Below, one piece after another: positions 56,195 through 64,000 of a stretch of 64,000 bases of DNA. Made by a program: the position numbers and the translations under genes. Below the pieces are notes generated by a model. The model saw only the letters and a list, made by a program, of their open reading frames with translations. It did no database searches and had not been told where the DNA came from. Source of the stretch: Bacteroidales bacterium (GTDB taxonomy: Bacteria > Bacteroidota > Bacteroidia > Bacteroidales > B18-G4); contig JAXGTH010000001.1 of the NCBI GenBank assembly GCA_040775045.1, positions 1,117-65,116 of the forward strand, given 5' to 3'. The first letter of the stretch is position 1. Every line of letters starts with the position of its first letter.

Positions 56195-58424
56195 ATCCAA
56201 AGACAGGGCATTATCAGTCGATGAAACCTTCATGCTGAGGGTGCCTTTCCTGCCCCTGAGCATACTGGGAGAAATATCGGATACGGCTGATATCGAAACA
56301 CTGCTCAGGAAATATTATTCCCTGCCCATGGTTGCCCGGGCCCTCTACCTGGCTTCACCGGATCTTTATGACCGGGCAAGGGAATGGCTTGGCAGCAAGG
56401 GATCATGCAGTGCGGACAATTCCAGGATCAGGAATTCGCTGCTGAAATATCTTATCAGGATGTCGTCGAGGTGCACCCCTTTCGGCATGTTTGCCGGCAT
56501 ATGTTCGGGGAGTCTTTCCGATGAGACGCGGATTGAAATTGCAGCCCCTGAAACCCATAGCATATTTACCAGGCCCGACATGCATTTTCTGTGCGGCCTT
56601 GCGTCGGCAATAAGCGGAACGGAAAAGATCCGCAGGCAGCTGTTTTATACCGTCAATACAAGCCTTTACAGGGTCGGTGACGAGTACAGGTATGTAGAAT
56701 ATTTCGTGGATGAAAACGGCCTGCGAAGTTACCGGCTCCAGAGCACTCCGCATACCCCGTATCTCGAACAGGTGTTCGGCAGGGCATCGAGGCCTGCCGG
56801 CATTGCTGAACTGGTGGATTCGCTTGGGATTTTCGGGCCCGACCATACCGAGGCTGAAACCTATGTGAGGATGCTGATCGATAACCAGGTACTTGTTTCG
56901 GACCTTGAACCCAATGTAAGTGGCACAGGGTTTTTTGAAAAGATCCTGGAAAAGACGCAGGAAGCCGGGGATGACAGCCTTATGCTGTTATCCAGTAAAC
57001 TGAATGAAATCCATGACCACGCCAAGGGGTGTGATCCTGAAGCAGGCATTGCCGGCTTTCGATCCCTGGAACGGGAAATCGAAAGAATGAATATCCCCTT
57101 TTCCCGCGGGACACTGCTGCAGGCCGACATGTGCATTTCCCACCATCATTGTTCCCTGTCGAAAGATATCAGTGATTCTTTGCTTGATGCCATGCCGCTG
57201 ATGATGCGGCTTGCTTCTTCACCCGGGCACAGCTTACTGAAAAATTTCAGGGAGAACTTCGTCAGGCGGTATGATGATGCGGAGGTTCCCCTGGCGCTTG
57301 CTCTTGACGCAGAAGCAGGCCCGGGTTATTTGCCGGAAGATATCATTGCAGGCGATTCCTCGCTGCTGCACGGATTAAGGCTGCCGGCCATGGGTAAGGG
57401 GGAAAAGACCATTCACTGGAATGATGCCGACCGAATGTTGTTGAGAAAGATGCAGGGATGCCTGCTTAACGGTGATCTGGAAATGGAACTTACCGAAAAG
57501 GATTTGCTTTCATTGCCCGGGCATCAACATCCTTTGCCTGATAGTTTTTCACTGATGGCACGTATCACGGGAAGAACGACCCCTGACAGCGGTAAACCGA
57601 TCATTCAAATCGTTTCCATGGGCGGAACAAGCTGTTCAAACCTGGCAGGAAGATTCTGCAATTATGATGACAGACTCAGGAAAGCCATTGAAAGGATACA
57701 CCGGGCCGAACAATCCCTTTACAGCGATTCCATACTTGCGGAGATCGTACACCTCCCCCAGCAAAGAACGGGCAATATTTTGATGCGGCCCGTGCTGAGA
57801 CCGTACGAGATCCCCTATCTGGCAAGCCCGGGCGTAAGACACGATCACACCATACCGGTTACCGACCTGATGGTATCGGTCAGCAGGGACAGGGTATTGC
57901 TGAGGTCGAAACGGCTTGATAAGTTCATCATCCCGAGGATGTCGAATGCCCACAACTTTTCGGTAGGATCACTGGCCGTATACCGTTTCCTGTGCGACCT
58001 TCAGGCGCAGGATGTATGCACCATGCCTGGATTCTCCTGGAATATCCTGGCGCAGGATGCGGTTTTCCTGCCCAGGGTCACGTTCAGGGAATTCATCCTG
58101 TGTCCGGCATGCTGGAACCTGGATCAGGACGAAGTCCGTGCTTTCAGGGATGCACGGACCGAAACTGAGAGGGCTGTGACCATGCGTACTATTCGCAGCG
58201 CATACAGTATCCCGAGATATGTACTTCTGTCGCATGGCGACAATGAACTCTGGCTCGACCTTGAAAATGAAGCATGTGTCGCAGTATTACAGGCAGAGAT
58301 GAAAGGCAGGCGGGATTTGCGCCTGCAGGAATGGCTTTATGAAGAGGACATGAAAGTTGTCCGCAGCCGGGATGGCGGCTACGCCAACGAATTTGTTCTC
58401 TTTTTTTATCAACAGGAGGTGTGA
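56187..58424 (+). CDS. lanB: Lantibiotic dehydratase, N-terminal (glutamylation) part of a split LanB
   Basis: The N-terminus 'ETFMLRVPFLPLSIL', its size (745 aa), and its position between lanC and the LanB C-terminal gene. ATG 56187 overlaps the lanC stop (ATGCATAA). Confidence 0.8.
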   Translation: MHKSKDRALSVDETFMLRVPFLPLSILGEISDTADIETLLRKYYSLPMVARALYLASPDLYDRAREWLGSKGSCSADNSRIRNSLLKYLIRMSSRCTPFGMFAGICSGSLSDETRIEIAAPETHSIFTRPDMHFLCGLASAISGTEKIRRQLFYTVNTSLYRVGDEYRYVEYFVDENGLRSYRLQSTPHTPYLEQVFGRASRPAGIAELVDSLGIFGPDHTEAETYVRMLIDNQVLVSDLEPNVSGTGFFEKILEKTQEAGDDSLMLLSSKLNEIHDHAKGCDPEAGIAGFRSLEREIERMNIPFSRGTLLQADMCISHHHCSLSKDISDSLLDAMPLMMRLASSPGHSLLKNFRENFVRRYDDAEVPLALALDAEAGPGYLPEDIIAGDSSLLHGLRLPAMGKGEKTIHWNDADRMLLRKMQGCLLNGDLEMELTEKDLLSLPGHQHPLPDSFSLMARITGRTTPDSGKPIIQIVSMGGTSCSNLAGRFCNYDDRLRKAIERIHRAEQSLYSDSILAEIVHLPQQRTGNILMRPVLRPYEIPYLASPGVRHDHTIPVTDLMVSVSRDRVLLRSKRLDKFIIPRMSNAHNFSVGSLAVYRFLCDLQAQDVCTMPGFSWNILAQDAVFLPRVTFREFILCPACWNLDQDEVRAFRDARTETERAVTMRTIRSAYSIPRYVLLSHGDNELWLDLENEACVAVLQAEMKGRRDLRLQEWLYEEDMKVVRSRDGGYANEFVLFFYQQEV

Positions 58425-59294
58425 ATGGAAACACGCAATCATTTTCCCGGGGGTGAATGGCTTTACCTGAAAATATACGGAGGCCATAAAACGCTGGAGA
58501 GGGCGCTTGTGGAAAAGTTGTGGCCGTTAAATGCGGAGTTCTTGGATAAAGGGCTTGCCAGACTATGGTTTTTCGTACGATATACAGACCCTGATCTACA
58601 CCTTCGATACCGCTTAAGGTTAAATGAAAATGCCTGCGATGAAGGATTGATCCGGGCAGTCAGGGAAGCACTGGAACCTTTTTTATCGCAGGGGCTGATA
58701 TGGCGCGTAGAGGTGGCAACCTACCGGAGGGAGATGGAACGCTATGGATGCCATACCATGGAATTTGCCGAGCAGCTGTTCTTTCATGACAGCCGGGCCT
58801 GCCTGGATTTTCTCCGGGGTGAAGCGGATCCGGTCGGTGATACCCGCTGGCTCTATGCCCTGGCATCTGCTGATGCCTGCCTTTGTGATTTCGGTTATGA
58901 CCTGCAGGCCAGGAAGGAGATCATGATGAGGCTTAACCGTGGTTATGGGACCGAATTTGGAAAGGATGGCACGCTGGCAGGACAAATATCTGAACGTTTC
59001 CGCTCCTATCGGGACATGATACAGGAAACCCTTGACCGGACATCGCATCATCCAATAAGCGCGATCCTGTCAAAACGCTCAGAGGCAAATGCAGATCCGG
59101 TAGAATCGATTAGAAAGACTTACACCTCCGGTGCTAAGGTGCCCGATATGGACGATCTGGTCAGCAGCATCATCCATATGTCGATGAACAGGATCTTCCC
59201 GTTCAACAACCGGCTGCATGAAATGGTCATCTACGACCTGCTATTCAGGTACTACAAATCGGCCCTCGCCAGGACCGGGAATATTGCGGGTTGA
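58425..59294 (+). CDS. LanB C-terminal (glutamate-elimination, SpaB_C / thiopeptide-type bacteriocin biosynthesis) domain protein
   Basis: 'GEWLYLKIYGG', 'WFFVRYTDPDLHLRYR' and 'Y.RE.ERYG'. Its ATG abuts the previous stop (TGAATG). Confidence 0.85.
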   Translation: METRNHFPGGEWLYLKIYGGHKTLERALVEKLWPLNAEFLDKGLARLWFFVRYTDPDLHLRYRLRLNENACDEGLIRAVREALEPFLSQGLIWRVEVATYRREMERYGCHTMEFAEQLFFHDSRACLDFLRGEADPVGDTRWLYALASADACLCDFGYDLQARKEIMMRLNRGYGTEFGKDGTLAGQISERFRSYRDMIQETLDRTSHHPISAILSKRSEANADPVESIRKTYTSGAKVPDMDDLVSSIIHMSMNRIFPFNNRLHEMVIYDLLFRYYKSALARTGNIAG

Positions 59295-59325
59295 GCCCAT
59301 TGCTACCGCCCTCCCGTCCATACTT

Positions 59326-59388
59326 CTCAGTACTCATATCTCAATACTCATATCTCAATACTCATATCTCAATACTCATTTCTCATGT
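59326..59388. repeat. Nine tandem heptamers (CTCAnnT), i.e. 14-bp unit ACTCATATCTCAAT x3 plus degenerate ends
   Basis: ctcagta ctcatat ctcaata ctcatat ctcaata ctcatat ctcaata ctcattt ctcatgt. The array lies inside the lan operon gap. Confidence 0.9.
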
Positions 59389-59434
59389 AACCATAATCCG
59401 CCTGATCGAGTATAAGGATAATTGCAGTATTATT

Positions 59435-61624
59435 ATGGCAAAGTTTCCATTTTATAAGCAGCTTGATGCAATGGATTGCGGTCCCAGTTGCCTTCGCATG
59501 ATCGCGAAGTACCACGGGCGCAATTACAGCGTGCAGACCCTGCGTGAGCGAAGCCATATCACACGTGAAGGCGTGTCGCTGCTGGGCACCAGCGATGCTG
59601 CCGAATCCATTGGCTTTCGGACCATGGGTGTGCGTGTCGGCTTGGATCAGCTTGCGAAAGAGTCGCCTCTGCCATGCATTGCCCACTGGAAACAAAACCA
59701 TTTTGTGGTGATTTACCGCATCACCCGGAAACATGTGCACGTAGCCGATCCCGCCCATGGCCTGATCCGGTATACCCGGCAGGAGTTCCTGGCCCAGTGG
59801 GCCAGCACGAAGTCGGAGGGCGAACCACAGGGGATCTGCCTGCTGCTGGAGCCAACACCTGATTTTTTCAGGCAGGAGGGAGAGGTCAGGGACAAGCGCA
59901 CTTTCCGCTTCCTGTTCTCCTATCTCAAGCCCTACGGGCGTTTTATTACCCAGCTGGTGCTGGGGATGGTCCTTGGTGCGTTGCTGCAGCTCATCTTCCC
60001 CTTCCTCACCCAGGCCATCGTCGATATTGGTATTGCCAACCAGGACCTTGGCTTCATCACCCTCATCCTGATCGCCCAGCTGGTACTTTTCATCAGCCAG
60101 GCCTCGGTCGAATTTATCCGGAGCTGGATATTGCTGCATATCAGCACCAGGGTGAATATTTCACTGATCTCCGATTTCCTGATCAAGCTCATGAAATTGC
60201 CGATAGGCTTTTTCGACAGCAAGATGATCGGCGACCTCATGCAGCGTATCGGTGACCATACGAGGATCGAGAACTTCCTCACGGTTTCCTCGCTCAATAT
60301 CCTGTTCTCCATGGTCACCCTGCTGATCTTCGGCATAGTGCTGGCCATATACAGCCTGGATATCTTCCTGATCTTCGTCATCGGCAGCGGTCTGTATATT
60401 GCCTGGGTGTTGCTCTTCATGAAAAAGAGGCGCGATGTCGACTTCAAGCGCTTCGCACAGATGGCCGACAACCAGAGCAACCTGATCCAGCTCATCACGG
60501 GCATGCAGGAGATCAAACTCAACAACTGCGAGAAACAGAAGCGCTGGGACTGGGAAAAGATCCAGGCCCGCCTTTTCAAGATAAACATCCGGGGCCTTGC
60601 CCTCAACCAGTACCAGCAGGCAGGGGCCGTGTTCTTCAACCAGACCAAGAACATCCTGATCATTTTCGTGGCTGCCGATTCGGTGGTGAGGGGCGACATG
60701 ACCCTAGGTATGATGATGGCCGTGCAGTATATCATTGGCCAGCTCAACAGCCCCATCGACCAGATGATCACATTCTTCCGCTCGGCGCAGGATGCCAAGA
60801 TCAGCCTTGAACGTCTTGGAGAGATCCACCAGCAGGATGAAGAGGAAAAGGCCGACGAGCCCAAGGTGGCCTCCCTGCCTGCCAGGAAAAGCATCAGCCT
60901 TCACGATTTGAGTTTCAGGTACGCAGGTCCGCAATCCCCGCCGGTATTAAAAAACCTGAACTTCGAAATCCCGGAGAAGAAACTAACTGCCATCGTGGGG
61001 CCCAGCGGGAGCGGCAAGACAACCCTGGTAAAGCTGTTGCTCGGTTTTTACCCTCCGGAGAGAGGAGAAGTCAAGGTGGGTGAACTCAATATCAGGAACA
61101 TTAATGGCCGCTACTGGCGCCAGCAGTGCGGGGCCGTCATGCAGGACGGTTTCATATTCTCCGATACCATCGCCCGCAACATTGCCGTAAGCGATGAATA
61201 TATCGACCGTGAGAATCTGCTTCATGCCGTAAATGTTGCCAACATCCAGGATTTTATCGAATCGCTTCCCCTTGCATACAATACAAAAATTGGCCAGGAA
61301 GGTATCGGACTGAGCCAGGGTCAGAAGCAACGTATCCTCATAGCGAGGGCAGTTTACAAGAATCCTGAGTACCTTTTCTTCGACGAAGCCACGAACGCCC
61401 TCGATGCAAATAACGAAAAGTTGATCATGTCGAAACTCAATGAGTTCTTCGAGGGGAAAACGGCCGTGGTGGTGGCCCACCGGCTCAGCACGGTGACCAA
61501 TGCCGACCAGATCATCGTGCTTGACAAGGGTGAAGTGGTGGAAAAGGGGACGCATGAAGAATTGACCCGCCTGAAGGGAGCTTATTACGAACTGGTGAAA
61601 AACCAACTTGAATTAGGCAATTAG
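59435..61624 (+). CDS. lanT: Peptidase-C39-domain ABC exporter (double-glycine leader-cleaving bacteriocin/lanthipeptide transporter)
   Basis: 'QLDAMDCGPSCLRMI' (catalytic Cys), 'HFVV', six TM helices, Walker A 'GPSGSGKTT', the signature 'LSQGQKQR' and 'LFFDEATNALD'. Confidence 0.9.
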   Translation: MAKFPFYKQLDAMDCGPSCLRMIAKYHGRNYSVQTLRERSHITREGVSLLGTSDAAESIGFRTMGVRVGLDQLAKESPLPCIAHWKQNHFVVIYRITRKHVHVADPAHGLIRYTRQEFLAQWASTKSEGEPQGICLLLEPTPDFFRQEGEVRDKRTFRFLFSYLKPYGRFITQLVLGMVLGALLQLIFPFLTQAIVDIGIANQDLGFITLILIAQLVLFISQASVEFIRSWILLHISTRVNISLISDFLIKLMKLPIGFFDSKMIGDLMQRIGDHTRIENFLTVSSLNILFSMVTLLIFGIVLAIYSLDIFLIFVIGSGLYIAWVLLFMKKRRDVDFKRFAQMADNQSNLIQLITGMQEIKLNNCEKQKRWDWEKIQARLFKINIRGLALNQYQQAGAVFFNQTKNILIIFVAADSVVRGDMTLGMMMAVQYIIGQLNSPIDQMITFFRSAQDAKISLERLGEIHQQDEEEKADEPKVASLPARKSISLHDLSFRYAGPQSPPVLKNLNFEIPEKKLTAIVGPSGSGKTTLVKLLLGFYPPERGEVKVGELNIRNINGRYWRQQCGAVMQDGFIFSDTIARNIAVSDEYIDRENLLHAVNVANIQDFIESLPLAYNTKIGQEGIGLSQGQKQRILIARAVYKNPEYLFFDEATNALDANNEKLIMSKLNEFFEGKTAVVVAHRLSTVTNADQIIVLDKGEVVEKGTHEELTRLKGAYYELVKNQLELGN

Positions 61625-61634
61625 TCAGAATAAT

Positions 61635-62969
61635 ATGGCAGAAGATACCCGGCATAAGACCATTGAATTCCGCAGTGAACCTGTTCAGGAGATACTGGGC
61701 TCGGTACCGTCGTGGATCATCAGGTGGGGAACCACCCTGTTCTTCGTAGTCGTGGCGCTGCTCATCATGGGGAGCTGGTTATTCAAATACCCCGAAGTGG
61801 TTCCCAACCTGGATATAGAAGTAGTGACCACACAACCACCCGCCTTTGTCGTGGCAAGGTCGACGGGAAAGATCAATGAGTTTTTCATCACCGATAAGCA
61901 AAAAGTGATGCAGGGCGACAGCATTGCCGTGATCGAGAATCCTGCTGATCATCATGACATGTTTTTCCTGAGGGATGAGATGCGCAGGTTTGGCAGGCTT
62001 CTGGATGAAAATGATGTCAGGGCGATTACCGGGTTCGATTTCATGAATAACCTGCAGCTGGGCGATGCCCAGGATGAATATGCCGATTTCCTCAAGGATT
62101 TCCTTGACCTGAAGAACTTTGTCGAACTTAATTACTACAACAAAAAGATAGCCACGATCGAGCAGCAGATCAGCGATTACAACCTCTACTACAATTACAT
62201 GTATACGCAGAAGCAGACCCTCGAAGAGGACTACAAGCTGGAGGCAGGCGATTACCAGCGTTACGAGGCACTTTACGACAGTAACGCCATTTCCCGCTCT
62301 GAACTCGACAACCTGAAAAGTGAGCTTCTGCAAAAGCAGCATGCCTATGAGGGTGCACGTACCAACCTGGCAAATACACAAATAAAGATCGAAGAATTGA
62401 GAAGTGATATTCTCGACCTGGGACTGCAATACGAAAAGGAAAAGAATGAGCTTGAACTGGCCATCAGGCGGTCGTTCAACAACCTCCAGGGGGCCATCAG
62501 CAAATGGCAGCAGGACTTCCTGATCGTTGCCCCGATAGAGGGAAGCGCAACCTTCAATAAATTCTGGTCGGAGAACCAGAACATTACGGCAGGTGAAAAG
62601 ATCATCAGCATTGTACCGGCCGATTCATCCAACATCATTGGTAAACTAACCATGCCCATCTACCGTTCGGGTAAGGTCCGCGTGGGACAAAAGGTAAATA
62701 TCCGGTTCGATAATTACCCTTATATGGAATTCGGGATGGTGACCGGGTACGTGGAGAAGATCTCGATCGTTCCGGCCGACAATACGTATGCCGTCGATGT
62801 TGCCTTTCCTGAAGGATTGCGGACCAACTACAATGTTGACCTGCCCTTCAACCAAAAGATGACCGGCAAGGCGGAGATCGTCACCCAGGACATCAGGTTG
62901 CTGACCCGGATCATCCGGCCGATCAGATCGCTGATACAGAACCGCTCAATGAGGTCGGTACAGGAATAA
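61635..62969 (+). CDS. HlyD-family membrane fusion/secretion protein
   Basis: An N-terminal TM helix, a long coiled-coil and a C-terminal beta-barrel-like region, directly after the ABC exporter. Confidence 0.8.
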   Translation: MAEDTRHKTIEFRSEPVQEILGSVPSWIIRWGTTLFFVVVALLIMGSWLFKYPEVVPNLDIEVVTTQPPAFVVARSTGKINEFFITDKQKVMQGDSIAVIENPADHHDMFFLRDEMRRFGRLLDENDVRAITGFDFMNNLQLGDAQDEYADFLKDFLDLKNFVELNYYNKKIATIEQQISDYNLYYNYMYTQKQTLEEDYKLEAGDYQRYEALYDSNAISRSELDNLKSELLQKQHAYEGARTNLANTQIKIEELRSDILDLGLQYEKEKNELELAIRRSFNNLQGAISKWQQDFLIVAPIEGSATFNKFWSENQNITAGEKIISIVPADSSNIIGKLTMPIYRSGKVRVGQKVNIRFDNYPYMEFGMVTGYVEKISIVPADNTYAVDVAFPEGLRTNYNVDLPFNQKMTGKAEIVTQDIRLLTRIIRPIRSLIQNRSMRSVQE

Positions 62970-62978
62970 GGTTGTCAC

Positions 62979-63446
62979 ATGATGCATGAACTCAATCTCC
63001 CATCGTATGATTTTCGTGTTCGAACGGAAGGCGGGAAGCCCAGGATCTTCGACGAGGTTCGGAAGAAATTCGTCGCCCTGACCCCCGAAGAATGGGTCAG
63101 GCAGCATTTTATCATGTTCCTCATTCATCACAGGTCTACACCCGCGGGACTCATCATCATGGAGAAGATCCTCACCATGAATACCATGACACGCCGACCG
63201 GATATCCTGGTCCACGACAGGCGCGGAAGGCCCCTGATGATCATTGAATGCAAAGCTCCCGGCGTGAAAGTAACACAGGAAACCTTCGACCAGGTAGCCA
63301 GGTATAATGCTGTGCTGCATGTGCCCTACCTGGTGGTGACAAATGGCATGGTGCATTATTGTTGCCGGATGGATTACCGGGATAATACCTTCCATTTCCT
63401 TCAGGACATCCCTGACTATAACGAGATCGCCTCCGTGGCCGATTAA
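62979..63446 (+). CDS. HsdR_N-type (PD-(D/E)xK fold) small protein
   Basis: 'TPEEWVRQ', 'RPDILV' and 'MIIECKAP' are typical of the stand-alone 'type I restriction enzyme HsdR N-terminal domain' proteins of Bacteroidota. Confidence 0.7.
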   Translation: MMHELNLPSYDFRVRTEGGKPRIFDEVRKKFVALTPEEWVRQHFIMFLIHHRSTPAGLIIMEKILTMNTMTRRPDILVHDRRGRPLMIIECKAPGVKVTQETFDQVARYNAVLHVPYLVVTNGMVHYCCRMDYRDNTFHFLQDIPDYNEIASVAD

Positions 63447-63739
63447 ATTTCCTTGATCAACTCAAGGAATTCCTTGTACGGGATTGCCGGCAGGCTCTCA
63501 GCCTGCAGGGCGCCGTTGGCCTGGCTGATCATCGACACCTTGGCGGCCGTTTCGATATCAGGGGCTTCGTAGATATCAAGAAAGTCATATTGCCCAAGCA
63601 GGGCATAGTGGGCAATGAACCTGATCTCGGGGCATTTTTCCTTAACGAGTTCAAGCCAGGTGCCACCGATGGCGGAGCGGTCTTTCATGCGCTTGGTCAG
63701 TTCCGGGCTAAGTTTTGTAAGCAGGATATACGTTTGCAT
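63443..63739 (-). CDS. GYD-domain protein
   Basis: 'MQTYILLTKLSPE', 'LLGQYDFLDIYEAPD'. The start is trimmed to ATG 63739. Confidence 0.7.
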   Translation of the reverse strand: MQTYILLTKLSPELTKRMKDRSAIGGTWLELVKEKCPEIRFIAHYALLGQYDFLDIYEAPDIETAAKVSMISQANGALQAESLPAIPYKEFLELIKEI

Positions 63740-63893
63740 GGTGCATTTTTTTAAATTCCCCTTAAGATAGTAAAATTTTCTAAAGATGTCAACAAGCGGC
63801 ATATAATTCATGCAGAATTGCAAAACACTAATTCACAGGCTTTAATTTTTTGCAAATAATTAGGCCCCGGCACTCTTGCTAAATAAAAATTTT

Positions 63894-63901
63894 TAACTTT
63901 G
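63894..63901 (+). promoter_or_regulatory. -7 box TAACTTTG
   Basis: It matches TAnnTTTG and lies 23 nt upstream of ATG 63925. Confidence 0.35.
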
Positions 63902-63924
63902 CGTGTATTCAAAAACCTCCTGCA

Positions 63925-64000
63925 ATGAAAAGAATCATCATCCAGATCTTACTCCTGCTCGTGATCCTTGCCCTGATCTACTTTGTTTATGAGAGCGTTA
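63925..64000 (+). CDS. Start of a membrane protein gene (truncated by window end)
   Basis: ATG followed by the hydrophobic stretch 'MKRIIIQILLLLVILALIYFVYESV'. Only 25 codons are visible. Confidence 0.35.
   Translation, partial: MKRIIIQILLLLVILALIYFVYESV

Noticed and set aside
59326-59388. The tandem repeats as a possible CRISPR array.
   Set aside because: The repeat unit is 7/14 bp with no spacers, the total length is 63 bp, and no cas genes are present in the window.

Overview
This 64 kb window reads as a chromosomal segment from a Bacteroidota genome. Supporting signs are a T9SS C-terminal sorting domain, gldF/gldG, many TAnnTTTG -7 promoter boxes and no Shine-Dalgarno-type spacing. I can support about 57 CDS and found no rRNA, tRNA or CRISPR array. 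All domain calls come from reading motifs in the supplied translations; no HMM or BLAST search was run. Most of the window is housekeeping: cinA, purC, purE, purL, hpt, obg, gdhA, phoH, holA, amn, a CDF transporter, an acyl-CoA ligase and an M16 peptidase. It also carries envelope and glycan genes: a PglC-like sugar transferase, a DegT aminotransferase, a GT4, an O-antigen-ligase-like protein, gldF/gldG and a PAP2 phosphatase. Three zones deserve a second look. (1) 19.1-37.5 kb is a redox island. It holds an NfnAB-type pair decorated with three copies of an 8-Cys zinc-ribbon module, two exported thioredoxin-fold proteins, and a NuoE/NuoF-like pair. Next to that pair is a 1232-aa subunit in which a GltD-like module sits inside a NuoG/FdhA-like scaffold that lacks the catalytic Cys/Sec, followed by a rubrerythrin-like gene. 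The island is bracketed by two large paralogous proteins (degenerate receiver, receiver, PPDK_N-type ATP-grasp). (2) 55.0-63.0 kb is a class-I lanthipeptide-type operon (LanC, split LanB, C39-peptidase ABC exporter, HlyD) with no recognisable precursor gene in the window. (3) There are small selfish-looking cassettes and structured repeats. A DUF559 gene sits inside a split 22-bp-stem hairpin, and a four-helix-bundle gene is flanked by an 18-bp inverted repeat and hairpin-plus-heptamer arrays. There is also a 293-bp palindromic MITE-like element, dispersed heptanucleotide repeat arrays, and a 16-nt motif shared by the upstream regions of the two cassette genes.
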